Shown here: piece after piece, positions 12,801 through 25,250 of the stretch
How the letters are laid out: every line of letters begins with the position of its first letter
Position numbering within the stretch: the first letter of the stretch is position 1
DNA from: Hyaloraphidium curvatum SAG 235-1
Taxonomy: Eukaryota; Fungi; Monoblepharomycota
NCBI GenBank assembly: GCA_025558095.1
Contig: JAIVFI010000010.1
Coordinates: 124,001 to 188,000, forward strand
DNA: 64,000 nt
Direction: 5' to 3'
Made by a program: the position numbers and the translations under genes
The notes under the pieces: generated by a model
Seen by the model: only the letters and a program-made list of their open reading frames with translations
Databases searched by the model: none
What the model was told of the DNA's origin: nothing

Positions 12801-13222
12801 CGTGGCTGCGGCGGGGGGCTTCGGTCGGGTTTCGGGGGGAGCGGGCACAGCCAGGCGGATCAACCGTCCGCAACACTCTCCGTGGTAGCCGCGGGAGAAA
12901 GCGGTCGAGGGCGACGATTGCTAGCTTCCACATCAAGTCCCAGTACTGCTTCCAAAGGCTGGACGCCCCGGGACATGGCGATAAGCTTGATGCCCTCTCC
13001 GCCGCATTTCTGTACTCGGCACGATGGTGCAGCTGCAGAGGTCGCCTGCTGAGAATCACACACGAGCCAACTCTGTAGCCACTCGCTTCTGATCGTTCGC
13101 ACGAGATTCTGCATTTGCTGTTGTCCACTTGGTTGATCGATTGAGGCATGAACGATGGCGCGAGTGTCTCCCAGGTGCCTGGCCGGGACATCTCGAGACC
13201 TGCCGGCGTTGCTCAACGCGCG

Positions 13223-13945
13223 ATGGCCTCCCCCGCCGCGAAGAAGATCGCGCTCATCACCGGCGTCGGCCGCGGCACCGGCATCGCCCTCGTGCGGCGC
13301 TTCGCCGCGGGCGGCTACCGCGTCGCGATGCTGGCCCGCGACCAGGCCCGCCTCGCCGAGTTCGCCCGGGAGAACCCGGACCTGCTGGTCCCCTTCCCCT
13401 GCGACGTGGCCGACCTCGCGCAGCTCGAGGCGACCGTCGCCCGCGTCAAGGCCGAGCTGGGCCACATCTCGGTCGTCGTCCACAACGCCGTGTCGGCCGC
13501 GTCGATGGGCAGCTACCTGGACGCCAAGCCCGAGGACTTTGAGCGCAACTTCCGGGTCAACGCGACGGCGCTGCTCCGCCTGAGCCAGCTCACCGTGCCG
13601 GACATGGTGGCCGCCGGCGGCGGCGCGATCCTCGCGACGGGCAACACCTCGGCGTACCGCGGCAAGCCCACGTTCGCCTCGTACGCGCCCACCAAGGCCG
13701 CCCAGCGCATCCTGCTCGAGGCCATCGCCCGCACCTCGGGCCCCAAGGGCGTCCACGCGGCCTACGTGGCCATCGACGCCGCGATCGACATGGAGCCCGT
13801 GCGGAGCAAGTGGTTCCCGGAAAAGCCGGAGGAGTTCTTCGCCAAGACGGAGGACATTGCCGAGGAGTGCTTCAGGATCGTGCACCAGCCGAGGTCGACG
13901 TGGACGTTCGACGTGATGATCAGGCCCTTTGGGGAGACCTGGTGA
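13223..13945 (+). CDS. Short-chain dehydrogenase/reductase
   Basis: ALITGVGRGTG, VVHNA and YAPTK (YxxxK) motifs. Confidence 0.9.
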   Translation: MASPAAKKIALITGVGRGTGIALVRRFAAGGYRVAMLARDQARLAEFARENPDLLVPFPCDVADLAQLEATVARVKAELGHISVVVHNAVSAASMGSYLDAKPEDFERNFRVNATALLRLSQLTVPDMVAAGGGAILATGNTSAYRGKPTFASYAPTKAAQRILLEAIARTSGPKGVHAAYVAIDAAIDMEPVRSKWFPEKPEEFFAKTEDIAEECFRIVHQPRSTWTFDVMIRPFGETW

Positions 13946-14049
13946 TCCGCGGATCGGGGAGATTGGGAACCGAGGGAACGGGGGGTCAGACCTCCGGAAT
14001 GTGCCTCTGATCTAGAGTATACAGTAACGTTGCGGGATTGGCATTGCCT

Positions 14050-14830
14050 TCAAGGCTCGATCTCGGGCATCTTCATCCGTTCCACCCCGGCCTCTCCAAA
14101 GAACATCTCGCTGAGCGCCTCCCAATGTTTCGGCACCCCACCGGCGTAGACATGCTGCCCCCCGTCGACAGAAATGGACTCGCCGGTAATCCAGCTGCTT
14201 TCGGGCCCGGCGAGGAAGCGCACGAGGTCGGCGGGGTCGCCGACGTCGCCGACGCGCTTGAGGATCTGGTTCTCGGTGTAGGACGGGAAGAGCGGGGTGC
14301 CGAGGGCTGGTGCAATCAGCTCGGTGGGGATCAGACCGGGCTGCGGTGCGAGAAGGAGAAGGAGTCAGTAAGGCCGCTCGCTGATCTTGCCGTGCGAAGC
14401 CCACCATGACCGAATTGACGCGGATTCCGTAGGATCCCAGGTCCGCCGCCGCGGCCCTGACAGTCGCGCAAACGGCGCTCTTGCTGACGGCATAGGCGGA
14501 GTGGTACTTCATGGTTCGCACGCTGTGCAGACTGGAGATGGCGACGATGGAGGTGGTCGGGGGCCTTAGGGGCTTGTCCACGGGCAGGGATGCCGCGGTC
14601 TTGGCGAGGTAAGGCGCGGAATGTTTGACGATGAGGAAGAAGGAGGTGACGTTGAGGTCCATCGTGTACTGCGGGTGGGCACGGCACAAGGTAACCGGGG
14701 GAGTAGGGATGCACACTTCGGCACTGCCACGGAGCGGCCGTGCAAGCACCTTCGAAACGCCTTCTTCGAGCCCTCCAAGTTGGGCAACGTGGGAAGGCGA
14801 TTTGAATGGTCTGTTCCCGCCGCGGATGCG
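14050..14830 (-). pseudogene. 5'-truncated SDR remnant
   Basis: YAVSK, GIRVNSVM|PGLIPT and WITGESISVDGG are present. No GxxxGxG Rossmann N-terminus can be found before the tRNA gene, and the upstream segment appears out of phase. Confidence 0.55.
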
Positions 14831-14967
14831 GCTGGCGGAGCGCGCGTCGGGGGAGCAGGGGCCGGGAGCTGGCGCGGCGCCGGGGCGGCGGGCAAGGACC
14901 GCCCGCCCGGCCCAGAGGAAGCAGGGAAAGAAATCCTGCAGTGCCGAAAAGGGTAATAAAAAAAACG

Positions 14968-15081
14968 AGGTCCATCTCGGGTTCGAACCGAGGTCTGGGG
15001 ATGAACTTCCTACGACTAGCAACAGAAATGCCAGCTAGCTGGTTCAAAGTCCCCCGTGCTCAGCCTCTACACCAATGGACC
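14968..15081 (-). tRNA. tRNA-Gln(UUG) with 41-nt canonical-position intron (15003-15043)
   Basis: Acceptor stem GGTCCAT/ATGGACC, anticodon arm GGGGA-CT-TTG-A[intron]A-TCCCC, T-loop GGTTCGAACC, and a T-run Pol III terminator just downstream. Confidence 0.93.
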
Positions 15082-15828
15082 AACGACACTCTAAATCCAG
15101 GTAAAGGAAAGAACAACGCGTTCGCGAAGCTCAGTGACGCGATGGTCACGTCCAGGGAAAGGAAAGAACAGGCTTCGCACCGCCAGCACGAGGATCGACT
15201 GTTGCAGGTCCGCGCGGCGGCGTCTCCGGCCCTGGCATCGCGACGTGCCGCGCGGAGCAAGATCCAAGTTCGATGTTCGTCCGCGCAACGCGGCCCCTCC
15301 GCGTCGACTCTCGGCCACAAGCGAACGATCGGGCGCGCGAACAAGAGACGGTTTCCAAACGAATTCGGGCGCGGGAGAAGTGCTTGGCACGCTGCAGTTT
15401 GATGAAAGCTTTTGATAGTGCTCGACTTTGCATGTGTTGGAACTACGCGGGCTGCCGGCTTGGAGGGGGCTCGGGTCCCCCTCTTCCGGACCTCGTTGCT
15501 CTCGAAAATCCCACCTTCCGGACCAAACGGTGCCAGCGAATCCTGTCAATTTATCATTTTCTTTGCCGCTATCTGCATATATTAGCGGCGGATCGCCCGC
15601 CGGCCGAGAAAAGGCCAGATGCGACGGCGGCAGCGAGAAACTCGCCCCGCGCGTCTTCCGAGGATACCCCTCCGCCGTGCCCTCGAAACCCCACCCGATC
15701 GGTCCGCTGGGTGTTCCCGTACCGTATTTTGCCCGAATCGGCCGTCCGCTGCGCGGTCGGAGCGTTCTGGTCCCAGGAAACCGATCCAATTAGTCGTCGC
15801 AATTCAGGGTCCTGCGGCTGGTGCATCG

Positions 15829-16940
15829 GAGGGCCCACAGCTCTCTATACCGACCGGGATAAAGTCGGCCGATGCCCGGATAATGCCGGATAACGGCCTC
15901 TGGCTGCCGGATAACGCTCTGCTTGGCCGGATAACGCCCTGCGGGGCCGGATAACGGGGGTTCTGGCCACAGGAGCGGCGCGGTGGCTCTAGTTTTGAAA
16001 GCGGGGGAGAACAACGACCCTCCTGCGCGATTTTCACCATACAAAGCACGATACTACTGGGAGTTTGAGGGGCAGTTTCGTGTTTTGAAGGCCGCGGACT
16101 CCGCTTCCGGGTGCGGGGTCGCCCGAAGTCGCCCGCTCGCGGGCACGGTCCGGCGGCGCCGCCGACGCCGCGCGTCCTGAGCGGCCCACTTTCGGAGGCT
16201 CCCTTCAAGCTCCCACCCCTCGTGCCTGGGGACGACGCTCTCCGTGGCCCGATTCAGTTGGTAACCACGTGGTTACGAACAAGGTTTGAGAATTGCGGTC
16301 GGAGTTCGATGGCCCGACCGCGCACGGGGCCGACCTCGCGTAGCACAACCAGCGCGCACCGCAACATCTTATTCGTAGCCCAGGCTGCAGAAGACGCTGG
16401 TCGGTATTGCCGGCGTCTGTGCAGGACCGGATTGAGCCCGCTCCCCTGCTGTCGCCCGCCCGTCATTGCGCTCTCCCCGCGCCGGGGCCCATTCAGTCAC
16501 CACATGGTGACAGACGGAGATGCGGCCACGGGAGCACGCACAGTCCGGGAGAAGCAAAAGAGCGCTTGTGGACGATGTCGGATTCATTTGGCCTGCTCTC
16601 GCGAACCAGGGTCCGGGAGTCGCGGACGACTTTCGGGGCCAGCAAACTCCGCACTGCAGATAGGAACGACCGTAGCACGAAGAGTGGTCGGAGAAGACAG
16701 CTCCCCACTTGGAATTGTTGTCCATTAGTGCTAGAATAGGAAGCATGAGCGGGCACTTGCTTCCCGCCATTCAGTTCCCTGTCCCGCCCGGCCAGGACCC
16801 CCACGGAGTCGGATAACGCCCCTCCCGCGCCGGATAACGCCGGATAACGCACGCCGACGGCCGGATATCGGTGCCGGCAGTCGGATAACGGGGCCCGGAA
16901 ACCCGGATAACGGATAATATCCGGAGAGCTGTGGGCCCTC
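15829..16940. mobile_element. Non-autonomous TIR DNA element (1112 bp; 17-bp TIRs; 4-bp TSD ATCG)
   Basis: GAGGGCCCACAGCTCTC at 15829-15845 and its exact reverse complement at 16924-16940. ATCG flanks both ends (15825-15828, 16941-16944). Subterminal CCGGATAAC arrays; no credible ORF. Confidence 0.85.
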
Positions 16941-16984
16941 ATCGGGCGCAGTTGCCGAATGCTCGGCCGCCTTCTCCCATCGCG

Positions 16985-18700
16985 ATGGAGGTCGACGTGC
17001 CGGAGCCGGTCCCTCGGACCGAGGAAGGAGCGTTGCCGACGATTCCACCGGAATGGCAGAATGGTTTGGACGATCCCGAGGCGGGCGAGCTCGCTGACGC
17101 GGACTCGGGCGACAAAGATCCGGGCACGGTGTCCAAAGACAGAAGACGAGGGCTCGAGTTACGTTACTTTGACCACCCGATCCTGCTGCCGTGGATCCAG
17201 GGCAGGGAGATGGGGAGGCAAAGAAGAGCCTCCACATGAGCAACACGACCCCTTTGACAGCGAGCACGCGCCTAATGAGAACGGCCAGGAAGGCGAGCTA
17301 CTTTACGAGCCAAGAAGAACTTCACCAAGATCGGCCTTGATGAGGTTGTGTACTGCCCGCTCCGTTTCATCGGGATCGGACGGCATGGATCCCAGCGAAG
17401 CAGGAGCAGGCTGTGGCGGCGCTGGGCTTGCGAAGCGCATCGTCCTGCACCCTATTGCGGCGTGCCAAGGCGCAGCGCTGCCCAGCGGCCTAGACCAAGA
17501 GAAAGCGCAATCTGAAAAGCGCGGCGCGGGCCCCGCCGGGGCTCCAACGCCGGCGCGCAACTGTGCTCTCCGCGCCGCCCAACTCTCCCGTATCGCGGTC
17601 CCTCTCCCAGCCAGCGGGCCGCTGCCGGCGTCTCCGTGGCGGGTAGAGCTCGGAGGGGCTCCCCGCGTACCGCTACTTTGACCGCCGCTGCCCGATGGGC
17701 TTCCGGACCGCGCGGGGGACCGCCGACCTCTGCTCGCCCGTAACCTCGCTCGGCTCCCATTCCCGGCTCGTCGAGGCGGACAACCACATCCTGGATGATC
17801 CTGGGAGGGTCTTGAACGGGGTCGCACATCCCGGCGGCACGCACGGCTCGGCCACACCCTTGTCACGGGTCGCCTTCGCTCCCACCGCGCTTCGGACCGC
17901 AACTCCGGCGAGAACAGTACATCGACCCATTTGCAGTAGACCTGATACCTGAACTGGAAGAGCTGGCAACGTCCAGGTCTCCGCGTGATCCAGCTGGCCC
18001 TTGCTGTGGATCGTGTCGCGGAGCTGGGGGTCCTTTCGCCCAATTGCCGTGGGCCTGTCGCCGCTGCTGCTATTTGAGATCGTTCTTCAGCAGTGGCGGT
18101 AGATTTTGGGCGCCCTGCGTGCGGGACTGCCACCGTTGGGCACGCAGATCCCGGCCAACGTTTGTCTGCCGTCCCAGGAAGGGGCGTCACGCTGCTGGAG
18201 CCGTTCTCGCGCTGGTGCCCGGGGCTGGTTGTGCGTGGCTTCGCTTATGATGGTACTTGGAGACTGAGCTGCCCTCGCTGCCGCGGCAACCTTGAGCTTA
18301 GCGGCCCTCACCGAGTTGCTCCGCTGCGACTCGGGCGAAACCACGTGGTGGAAGCTTCCGGCTTGGTTTCCTGCTTGAGAAGGGGATCGCGTGACATTTG
18401 GACCCGACGAGCACTCGAGGGAAGCACTTCCACGCGTGCTGAAGGACATGGCACTGGCCGAGGACTCGATGGTTGTCTCTTGGGTCCCCAAGCCCGGCGC
18501 AGAGTCGTGGGCGACACAGGATATGGTGACTTTGAAGAGCTTTGCCTTCTTTGGCGATACGGCGGCGTCTTCCGCATTGTACTTCCATGACCTACGAGAT
18601 AAGCTGGTGGACCAGCGCGTTAGCTTTGGCAAACGATCTGAGGGAATAGTGTACTGGCGCGACATCTGGTATAGACTTTGGTCTCTCTACTCTAGCTTCG
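16985..18700 (+). pseudogene. Degenerate coding remnant of unknown family
   Basis: Protein-like segments occur in shifting frames (MEVDVPEP..., WRLSCPRCRG, GIVYWRDIWYRLW), broken by stops. Confidence 0.3.
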
Positions 18701-18710
18701 GTCGGCTCCG

Positions 18711-18778
18711 TCTGTCCTTGCTCTGGCCGTACCCTCTGTCCTTGCTACCCGTCTGTCCTTGCTCTGGCCGTACCCTCT
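18711..18778. repeat. Short direct repeat, TCTGTCCTTGCTCTGGCCGTACCCTC x2 plus a partial copy
   Basis: Directly visible, and abuts the stop codon of the minus-strand gene. Confidence 0.8.
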
Positions 18779-21700
18779 CAAACGTTCTCCTTCAAGCGCC
18801 GCCGCTTTTCAGACCCCTCGCCAAACCCTGCCCCCGGCCGCTTCTCGCCAATCGGCGTGTTGCTCGAGCGTCCGGGGCTCGGAGCAAGCGGCTTGGCAGG
18901 AGCCCGAGGCGGGGACGGAGGGCCGGCCGTCGGGGGCGCGGGCGTCGGCGCACTCGACTTGGATCCCTACGCGATCAGTCAACGACGGTGTCGGAAGAAG
19001 CAGAAAGGAGCTCACCTGCTTGACGGCCGGAGCCGCCAAAGTCAGCGTCGCCTGCTTCTTCGACGGCGGCTTGGGGATGTTCCAGCCGAAGAGCCTGTCG
19101 AGTCCAACCGCCCGGAGCTTGTCCCAGGTCTTCGTCTTCGAGGTGTCCGGCAGTCTCGCTATCGCGACGATGTTGGCCTGGATCTCGGCAGGCAGCTCCG
19201 CGAAGGACCCGATCTCGGCCACGACAGTGCAGGGCCTCTTGGCCAACTGCGCCTCCTTGCACTTGTGCTGGATCTGCCCAGAGCCGGTGCGCAGCGCCCA
19301 GGAGGTGCACTTTCGGTCCTTGTTGCCGCAGGTTGCGACCCGGATCAGCACTGCCGGGTTGTCGAGGATGTGTTCGACAATCAAACGGAGGTTGTCACGG
19401 TCGCTGACATAGCTGCCGCGAAGGTGATCAGGAACCTGCACAGCGACGTCCTGGTTCTCAAGCAAAAGGTGAAAGGCCGCGAGAAAAGCCACGTCAAAGT
19501 CAAACGGCTTCTTTGTCGACTCATAGACGCAACCGTGGTCGAGGTTGATCTTGGAAAAGTCGAGGCTGCGCAGATGCGCAGGGAGGAGCTGGCGATTCCT
19601 GGGAAATGCAAGTCAGTGAAGTCGGACAGGCAATGTCATCATGCCACGCACCGGTTGAGGACCCTGTGTGCGTGAAGTTCCACCAAACCCAGCCTGGTCA
19701 ACTCTTCCGGCGAAACTCGCCGCTCGCCGCCCATCCAAGCGATCTCGTGCGGCCACCAGACCCGAGTCTCCGTCACGGCCTTTTGATCGAGCCCAGACTC
19801 AATGTGCCGATGGAAGGTGTTGTTCTTTTCCCCAAGAACCGGGCCTGGGGTGTCGCAACGACCTTTCTCGTTGCACTCGAAGATGTAGAGCGGATGTTGG
19901 GACTGAGGCTTTCCCTGCTGGCCGAAGAGGCCGTCCTTGGTGACGAGGTACTGCAGCGCTTCTTTGATCGCCTTCTGGCTCGTCCATGTGCTCTTGAGGC
20001 CCTTCGGCACGCCGGCCTGGAGAATCTTGCGGTCCGCAATCCACTTGTCCTTCGCGGGCCCTTGAACCTTCCGGGCAATGTTTTCGTCGCCGACTCCCAC
20101 CCGAGCTGGGTACCGGGGAAGAGTGCCGTCAGACGAAACCATGTGTAGCGGAATGCTGGCGCTCACCTGCAGCCGTAAGGTTCCTGTCCTCGGGGACCGA
20201 GTTCAGATACGCGGCGGCCGCCTCAGGGTCCTGGCGGAACTGCTTCGGCACAGCTCCGAGCCCGGAAGCGGTCAATTTGGCCGGGAGACCAAACTCCTGC
20301 GCCTTCTTGACCTCGGCCAGGATGCTGCTCACAGAGTCTCGACGCTCCGCGGAGTCGGGCTGGCCCGAGGTTACTGCCTCCTTTGACACCCTCTTGGCAG
20401 CGTTCACCTCCGCCAGCTCGGATCGCTCCGCGATAATGTCGGCCGCAGACTTGCCCGAATCAAGGAGCTCAACGTCGTGCTTCAACCGCGCCGTCTTGAT
20501 TCGGGAAGAACCGGCCCAGGATTCCACGGCAGCAAGCTCCTTCTTTTCCAGCTCCAGGGCCCCGGAGATGCCGAGCTCCCGCTTGGCCCCGTTAACGAGC
20601 TCGAGGGTCTTCTCCAAATAGATCTTGAGAGCCGCGGCGTCGGCGTCCCGCGGAGGAACATCACCAGCGAGAAGTTGCGCAGACACGACAACGTTGGTGA
20701 CGCGAGTACCGAGCGCGGCAAAGTAGTTGACCCTCCTCACGAGCTTTCGAAGCAATGGGTCTTTCTTGACCCTGCCGTGGTCGAAGTGCGGGGTGAACAG
20801 AGCAAGGTCGAGTTGGTCAGGTCCGAACGGAGCGATGGTCGTGATATCGACAAACTCCAGGAGGTTCTGCAACTTCAGCTTCCGACAGTTCAAGTCCCCG
20901 ACCTTCTCCATGTCAATCAGAGATTCCCAATGGTCCAAAGAATCAGGTCCAAAGTCGTCGCGGAGGTTGTCCAACAAGAGAGCAGGACTAATGCCGGGTC
21001 TCCACACGTCGCGCAGCAGATGGTTCAGCATCGAGCCAGCAGATTCGGCCGAATACCCTTCGATGTGGATCGGTCGCAATGCCTTGAGAATCAGCGATGA
21101 GTTGACGAGGCCGACCCACGCAGGGTCGTGCACCAGCGACGACCACCAGGAGTCAGTCATGGGCCCGAAGCTCGACGCAACGAAGTGAGCGTACTCCGCG
21201 TCGCTCATGGCGTTGCGTTGCGATGCAGTGAGACACGGAATCGACGGGTTGGCGGCCAGCTTCGTGAGCTCAAACTCGAGCGGTCCTCGGCCCATGAGTC
21301 CGAGGCGGTTCTGGAAGCCAGCGGCGTAGCGCTCTTGGTGGCCTTGGCGAGACACGTCGTGGAACAGCAGGAAATTGACGAGCTCGCCGGAGACGATCGG
21401 CACGGTGCCCGCTCGGGCGATGGCGGCGCGGAAGCACTCCAGGTCGGGCTCCGGGCCCATGTCCTTGAAGTCAGAGAGAACCCGGAAGCAGAGGTCCTTG
21501 ATCGACCTCATGGTCAAGCCGACGTCCAGGTTTGTCACGAGCTGAGGGCGCACGTCCAATGACCGGGCACCGGAGAGCTTCGCGACCTCTTGCCACTTCG
21601 AAGCTTCCCACGCGTCGACGGCGTTCCGGCGCAGCAGAAGATCCTCGTCGATCCGAAGAGGCTCTGGAGCGAAGCCTCCAAGGTCGCTGTTCAGGGTTGA

Positions 21701-22674
21701 CGGGTACTGCGAACAGATCGCAATGCGCTCGATGTGTTGGGAGTTCTGGTCCAGCTGCTTCTTGAGCGTCGGCGCGTCCGCGAGCGCCTCGTCCACGCGA
21801 ATACCGGTAAAGCGCCAAATCTCTATCCGTCGAGCGCATTGCTGGGAGCGGAAGAAGTTGCCGAGCCGGCTGTTGAGCGTCCCATAGGCAACCGCGGCTA
21901 GATCCTGTTGGCATCGCTCTTGGGGGCCCACCGCGGTGCTCCAGCCGAAGTAGGTCGTGTGTGTCTCACCCGCGTTGTACAGCTCGGCCTCTGCAAGCAA
22001 GTAGGGGAGCTGGACCGCGAAATGAGCCGCGTCCGCAGGGAAGTTGATCGCGTATCGGCAGAAATCGCGTTGCTGGTCGGCAGCGGACCCGTAGACGACG
22101 CGCCGCACGTAGAACTCGGCGGGCGGGCCCTTGAACAGAATCAAGAATGTGAGCCCACGGATGGAAGCAGAAACAGTGCCTAGCTTACCGAAGTATTGTC
22201 CTCGCGGTCTCCCCTATGGTCATCGTCATCGGAGCTGCCGTCCATAGATCCTTCCCACGGCGCAAGAGGCACTACCCCGACGAACTCCAGACCCGAAATA
22301 GAGGAGAAGTCGGCGGTGTAAGGGCGCTCCACTAGGTAACGGAGTGTCGGAGCAAGCGTTTTCAAGTTGTCCGCCAGGAGGGGGATCTCGCGTAGCTGCT
22401 CGACGGTGTACAGATCCAGTCCTTCGAGATCCCGTTGTACGTTGCAGGATCGAACGATGCGATCCTCGTCGGCGCTAGCCTTGTCCGCCCATATGTGCCG
22501 ACTGGCTCCGATGCGGGCCTTGGCCGCGTTGCGCAGAAGTTCCGATCGTGGATCTTGCCCGAGATATCCACCCGCCAGTGCCGCTACAGGATCCGCGAGC
22601 GCCTCCTTGAAAGCGAGCGCATCCTTCTCGAGCTTCTCCGCGGCGAGCTCCCGCCGCTGGGCTTTCTGGTCCAT
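18778..22674 (-). CDS. Large (~1200 aa) 5-exon protein with a putative GIY-YIG-like nuclease domain, Cys/His clusters and C-terminal NLS
   Basis: Four short GT-AG introns join ORFs 22180-22842, 20129-22144, 19639-20166, 18809-19492 and a last exon in frame. Motifs YFGWST..PQER and IERIAI....STLNSDLGG; ends EKRRRLKENV*. Confidence 0.65.
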
Positions 22675-23199
22675 GCTCGGCCCCGCCAAAGAGAGTCGTA
22701 CCCGTAATCCCCGGTTAACGCGCGCTCCTGCGACGAAAGTATGATGAGAAAAGGTCTTTGGAAACCCTCTCGCGAGACTGGACGGGAGCTGCCGTCGCTG
22801 CGCGTCCGGTCCAGCGGGTGGGAAACCAGCAAGCCAGCCCACGCGCAGCGTGGGTCAATCTCCTCAAGTGCTGGGTCTAAACGCCGCCAAGAGCGCGCGT
22901 AACCCGGTAGAGCTCACCTTGGGCGGAAACCGAGGTCGTCCGATCGAGGGAACTCGGGGCTGGAGAGCCCCGTCCCGTGGAGCCGGCCCCGCCGGTGGAG
23001 GAAACAGCGGCGTGGGATCCCTAGAAGAGTCCTCGACGACACATCAGTGGAGTCTGGCAGGCCAACGCGTCGTATGTCGCGAAGGACTGCTTCTCCCACG
23101 AGGGACCTGTGTCCCTCGTTCTCCGGTTTGTCTGCGATCTCCGACTCATAAGATCTTCGAATCAATTTCACAAGCGAACCAGCACTGGACACTAATGGC

Positions 23200-23900
23200 A
23201 AAACCGTCATCGAGAGAGCATCGTTTAAAGGTCCGCGGCCTTCTCGGTCGGTCCGGGGACGGATGCCGGCGCCTCCGCGCCGGCCGCCATCAACTCCCTG
23301 CTCGGACCCGCCGCCGGCGGCTGCGCCGCCGCGATCGGGGGCTATTGCGCAAGTGTATGTCTCGAGCTTTCGGACGTCGACGCAGGGTTCTACGCTTTGC
23401 GGGATCTGAAGCCTTTTCGGCATCGCGCGCAGTTTGGCCGCACGGAAGAGCGACGCGACAGCCGGGCCATGTTCGACGCCGTCGCCGCGCTCCCCGGCCC
23501 CTGGGAAAACGTGAGGCTCCAGTGGAAACCTTTCTGGCTTCCCCCGAAATCATCCTTGCGGAAATGGTCGTCAGAGGGACGTGGCCTCTGCACGTTGCTA
23601 AAAGCGCGCCGGATCTCGGGGAGAACTGGAAGCGGATCATCAACACCGTCGACTTCCGAAACCAGTTCCTGGAGTGCTACAAGGCGGAAGCGGAACCTGG
23701 TTCTGGACGATTGTATTCGGATCGGCTGGAGCAGTTCAAGCGGGCCAATCTCCCGTAGGATGGCGGGGTGTGGAGAGCGTGAGCTTGGCAAGGCACCACG
23801 GAGTTGGCTGGACAAGAAATCCGGGGACTTGACGGTTGTGGACTGCTTCGAGTCAGCACGAAAGGGCGGCACCTGCGAGGTACTATAGCACGATGTGTTC
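23200..23900 (+). pseudogene. Possible degenerate coding remnant
   Basis: Protein-like fragments in different frames (FDAVAALPGPW..., WKRIINTVDFRNQFLECY) with no intact ORF. Confidence 0.25.
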
Positions 23901-24974
23901 ACGAGCCGGCTCCTGCGGCACGCCGAGCAACTCAGCGTATAGCATAGCCCTTACCAAAGGCCACAATGCTGCCTCGGGTGCAGACCACAGTCCGCGCCCA
24001 GGCAATGTCGGGATGCTCCTGCCAGCCCCCCTTCGAGAAGCGGCCGCCCGAGTGTCTCTCTCGGCGGCAAGGTGTCCAACGACCTGAAGAGCAACACTAA
24101 CCTGGTCATTCCACGTCATATCCATCGTCGGCGATCCACGTCCACCCAATCAATCCAGCAGAAGCCGAAAGGGAGGGCGAAGGCGAACCTGGGGGAGGGG
24201 GAGGGCCAGGGCGTTAGCTCCGGTCGTAGGGCACGGGGGTCGACGGAGTCCGAGCGCGCCGAGAGACGACAGTGCGGGCAACTCGAACGGCAGAAGCCGC
24301 GCAGGCGGGTGCTTGTAGGCAGGCGCAAACGTTGAACGACGCGGTGAATGCAGCTTGACTCAAGCTGCGAGGTCATCCAAGCCCGACGTCGGCGTAGGAC
24401 GCCGCTGAGCAGCGCCCACGGTCAACTACCGCAGGGGTTCCTTTTTGCGACCAGGTGCGACCCGGTCCGGCTCGTTGACCCGAAATCTCGGCGTCCAGAG
24501 CTGCCGACCACTGCCGCGGGCGAAACGCGGAGCTCTGGAAAGGAATGCATCGAAGGCAAAGGCAGTAGCGCGCTGCGGTTTGATGCTGTCGTCGCATCGT
24601 GCGCTAGGCGGTTTTAGAGGACGAGCGCGGACATAAGGATGAAGACGCTTGTCGTATTGTATTGACGATGTGCGACATTGCAACGTAGAGTTGACATGGT
24701 CCGAAGAGGTGCCTTTAGACCCATCCGCTCCGTTTCTTCCCTCCGAGCGCGCAATCCATCCTTCCAAGCCTCCCCACTTGCGGTTCCGGCCGTCCCGCCC
24801 ATGCTCGTACTCCGTTCGCCACCGCTTGGGGGCACGGCGCCTCGCCCGAAGTCGGACTCCACCTGCAAACACAACCCGAATCCCCCCACCCAGCCTGCCT
24901 CCCGCGGTGCGCCCCCGCTCTCCCCCACCGCAAGCGCCGCCGCTGACCTTCCTCGCTCCCCGCCGCAGCGCAAA

Positions 24975-25250
24975 ATGCCGCCCCGCACGCGCGCCGCCGC
25001 CCGCGCCGAGGGCGAATCCACCGCCCCCGCGACGCCCTCCAAACCCGCCGCAACGCCGGCGCCCGACGCCCCCGCTCCCTCCAACGAACCCGCCGCGGCC
25101 GCGGTGCAGCAGGCAAAGCAGGGCGGGCTGCCGCCCGACGTGCTGGCCGCCGTGATCCTCGTGCTGGTGGGGGTCGCGATCCTCTACTTCAACATCCGGG
25201 AGCACGCGGCGGAGTGGTGGGCCGGGGGGAAGGAGAGGGCGGAGCTCTGA
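24975..25250 (+). CDS. Small single-pass membrane protein (91 aa) ending in RAEL
   Basis: AAAATG start context, Pro/Ala-rich N-terminus, hydrophobic helix VLAAVILVLVGVAILYF, and GC3-rich codons. Confidence 0.6.
   Translation: MPPRTRAAARAEGESTAPATPSKPAATPAPDAPAPSNEPAAAAVQQAKQGGLPPDVLAAVILVLVGVAILYFNIREHAAEWWAGGKERAEL

Noticed and set aside
15857-16920. CCGGATAAC arrays as a CRISPR array or plasmid iterons
   Set aside because: Repeats of ~9 bp with spacers of 1-13 bp, no cas genes and a eukaryotic context. They are better explained as transposon subterminal repeats.
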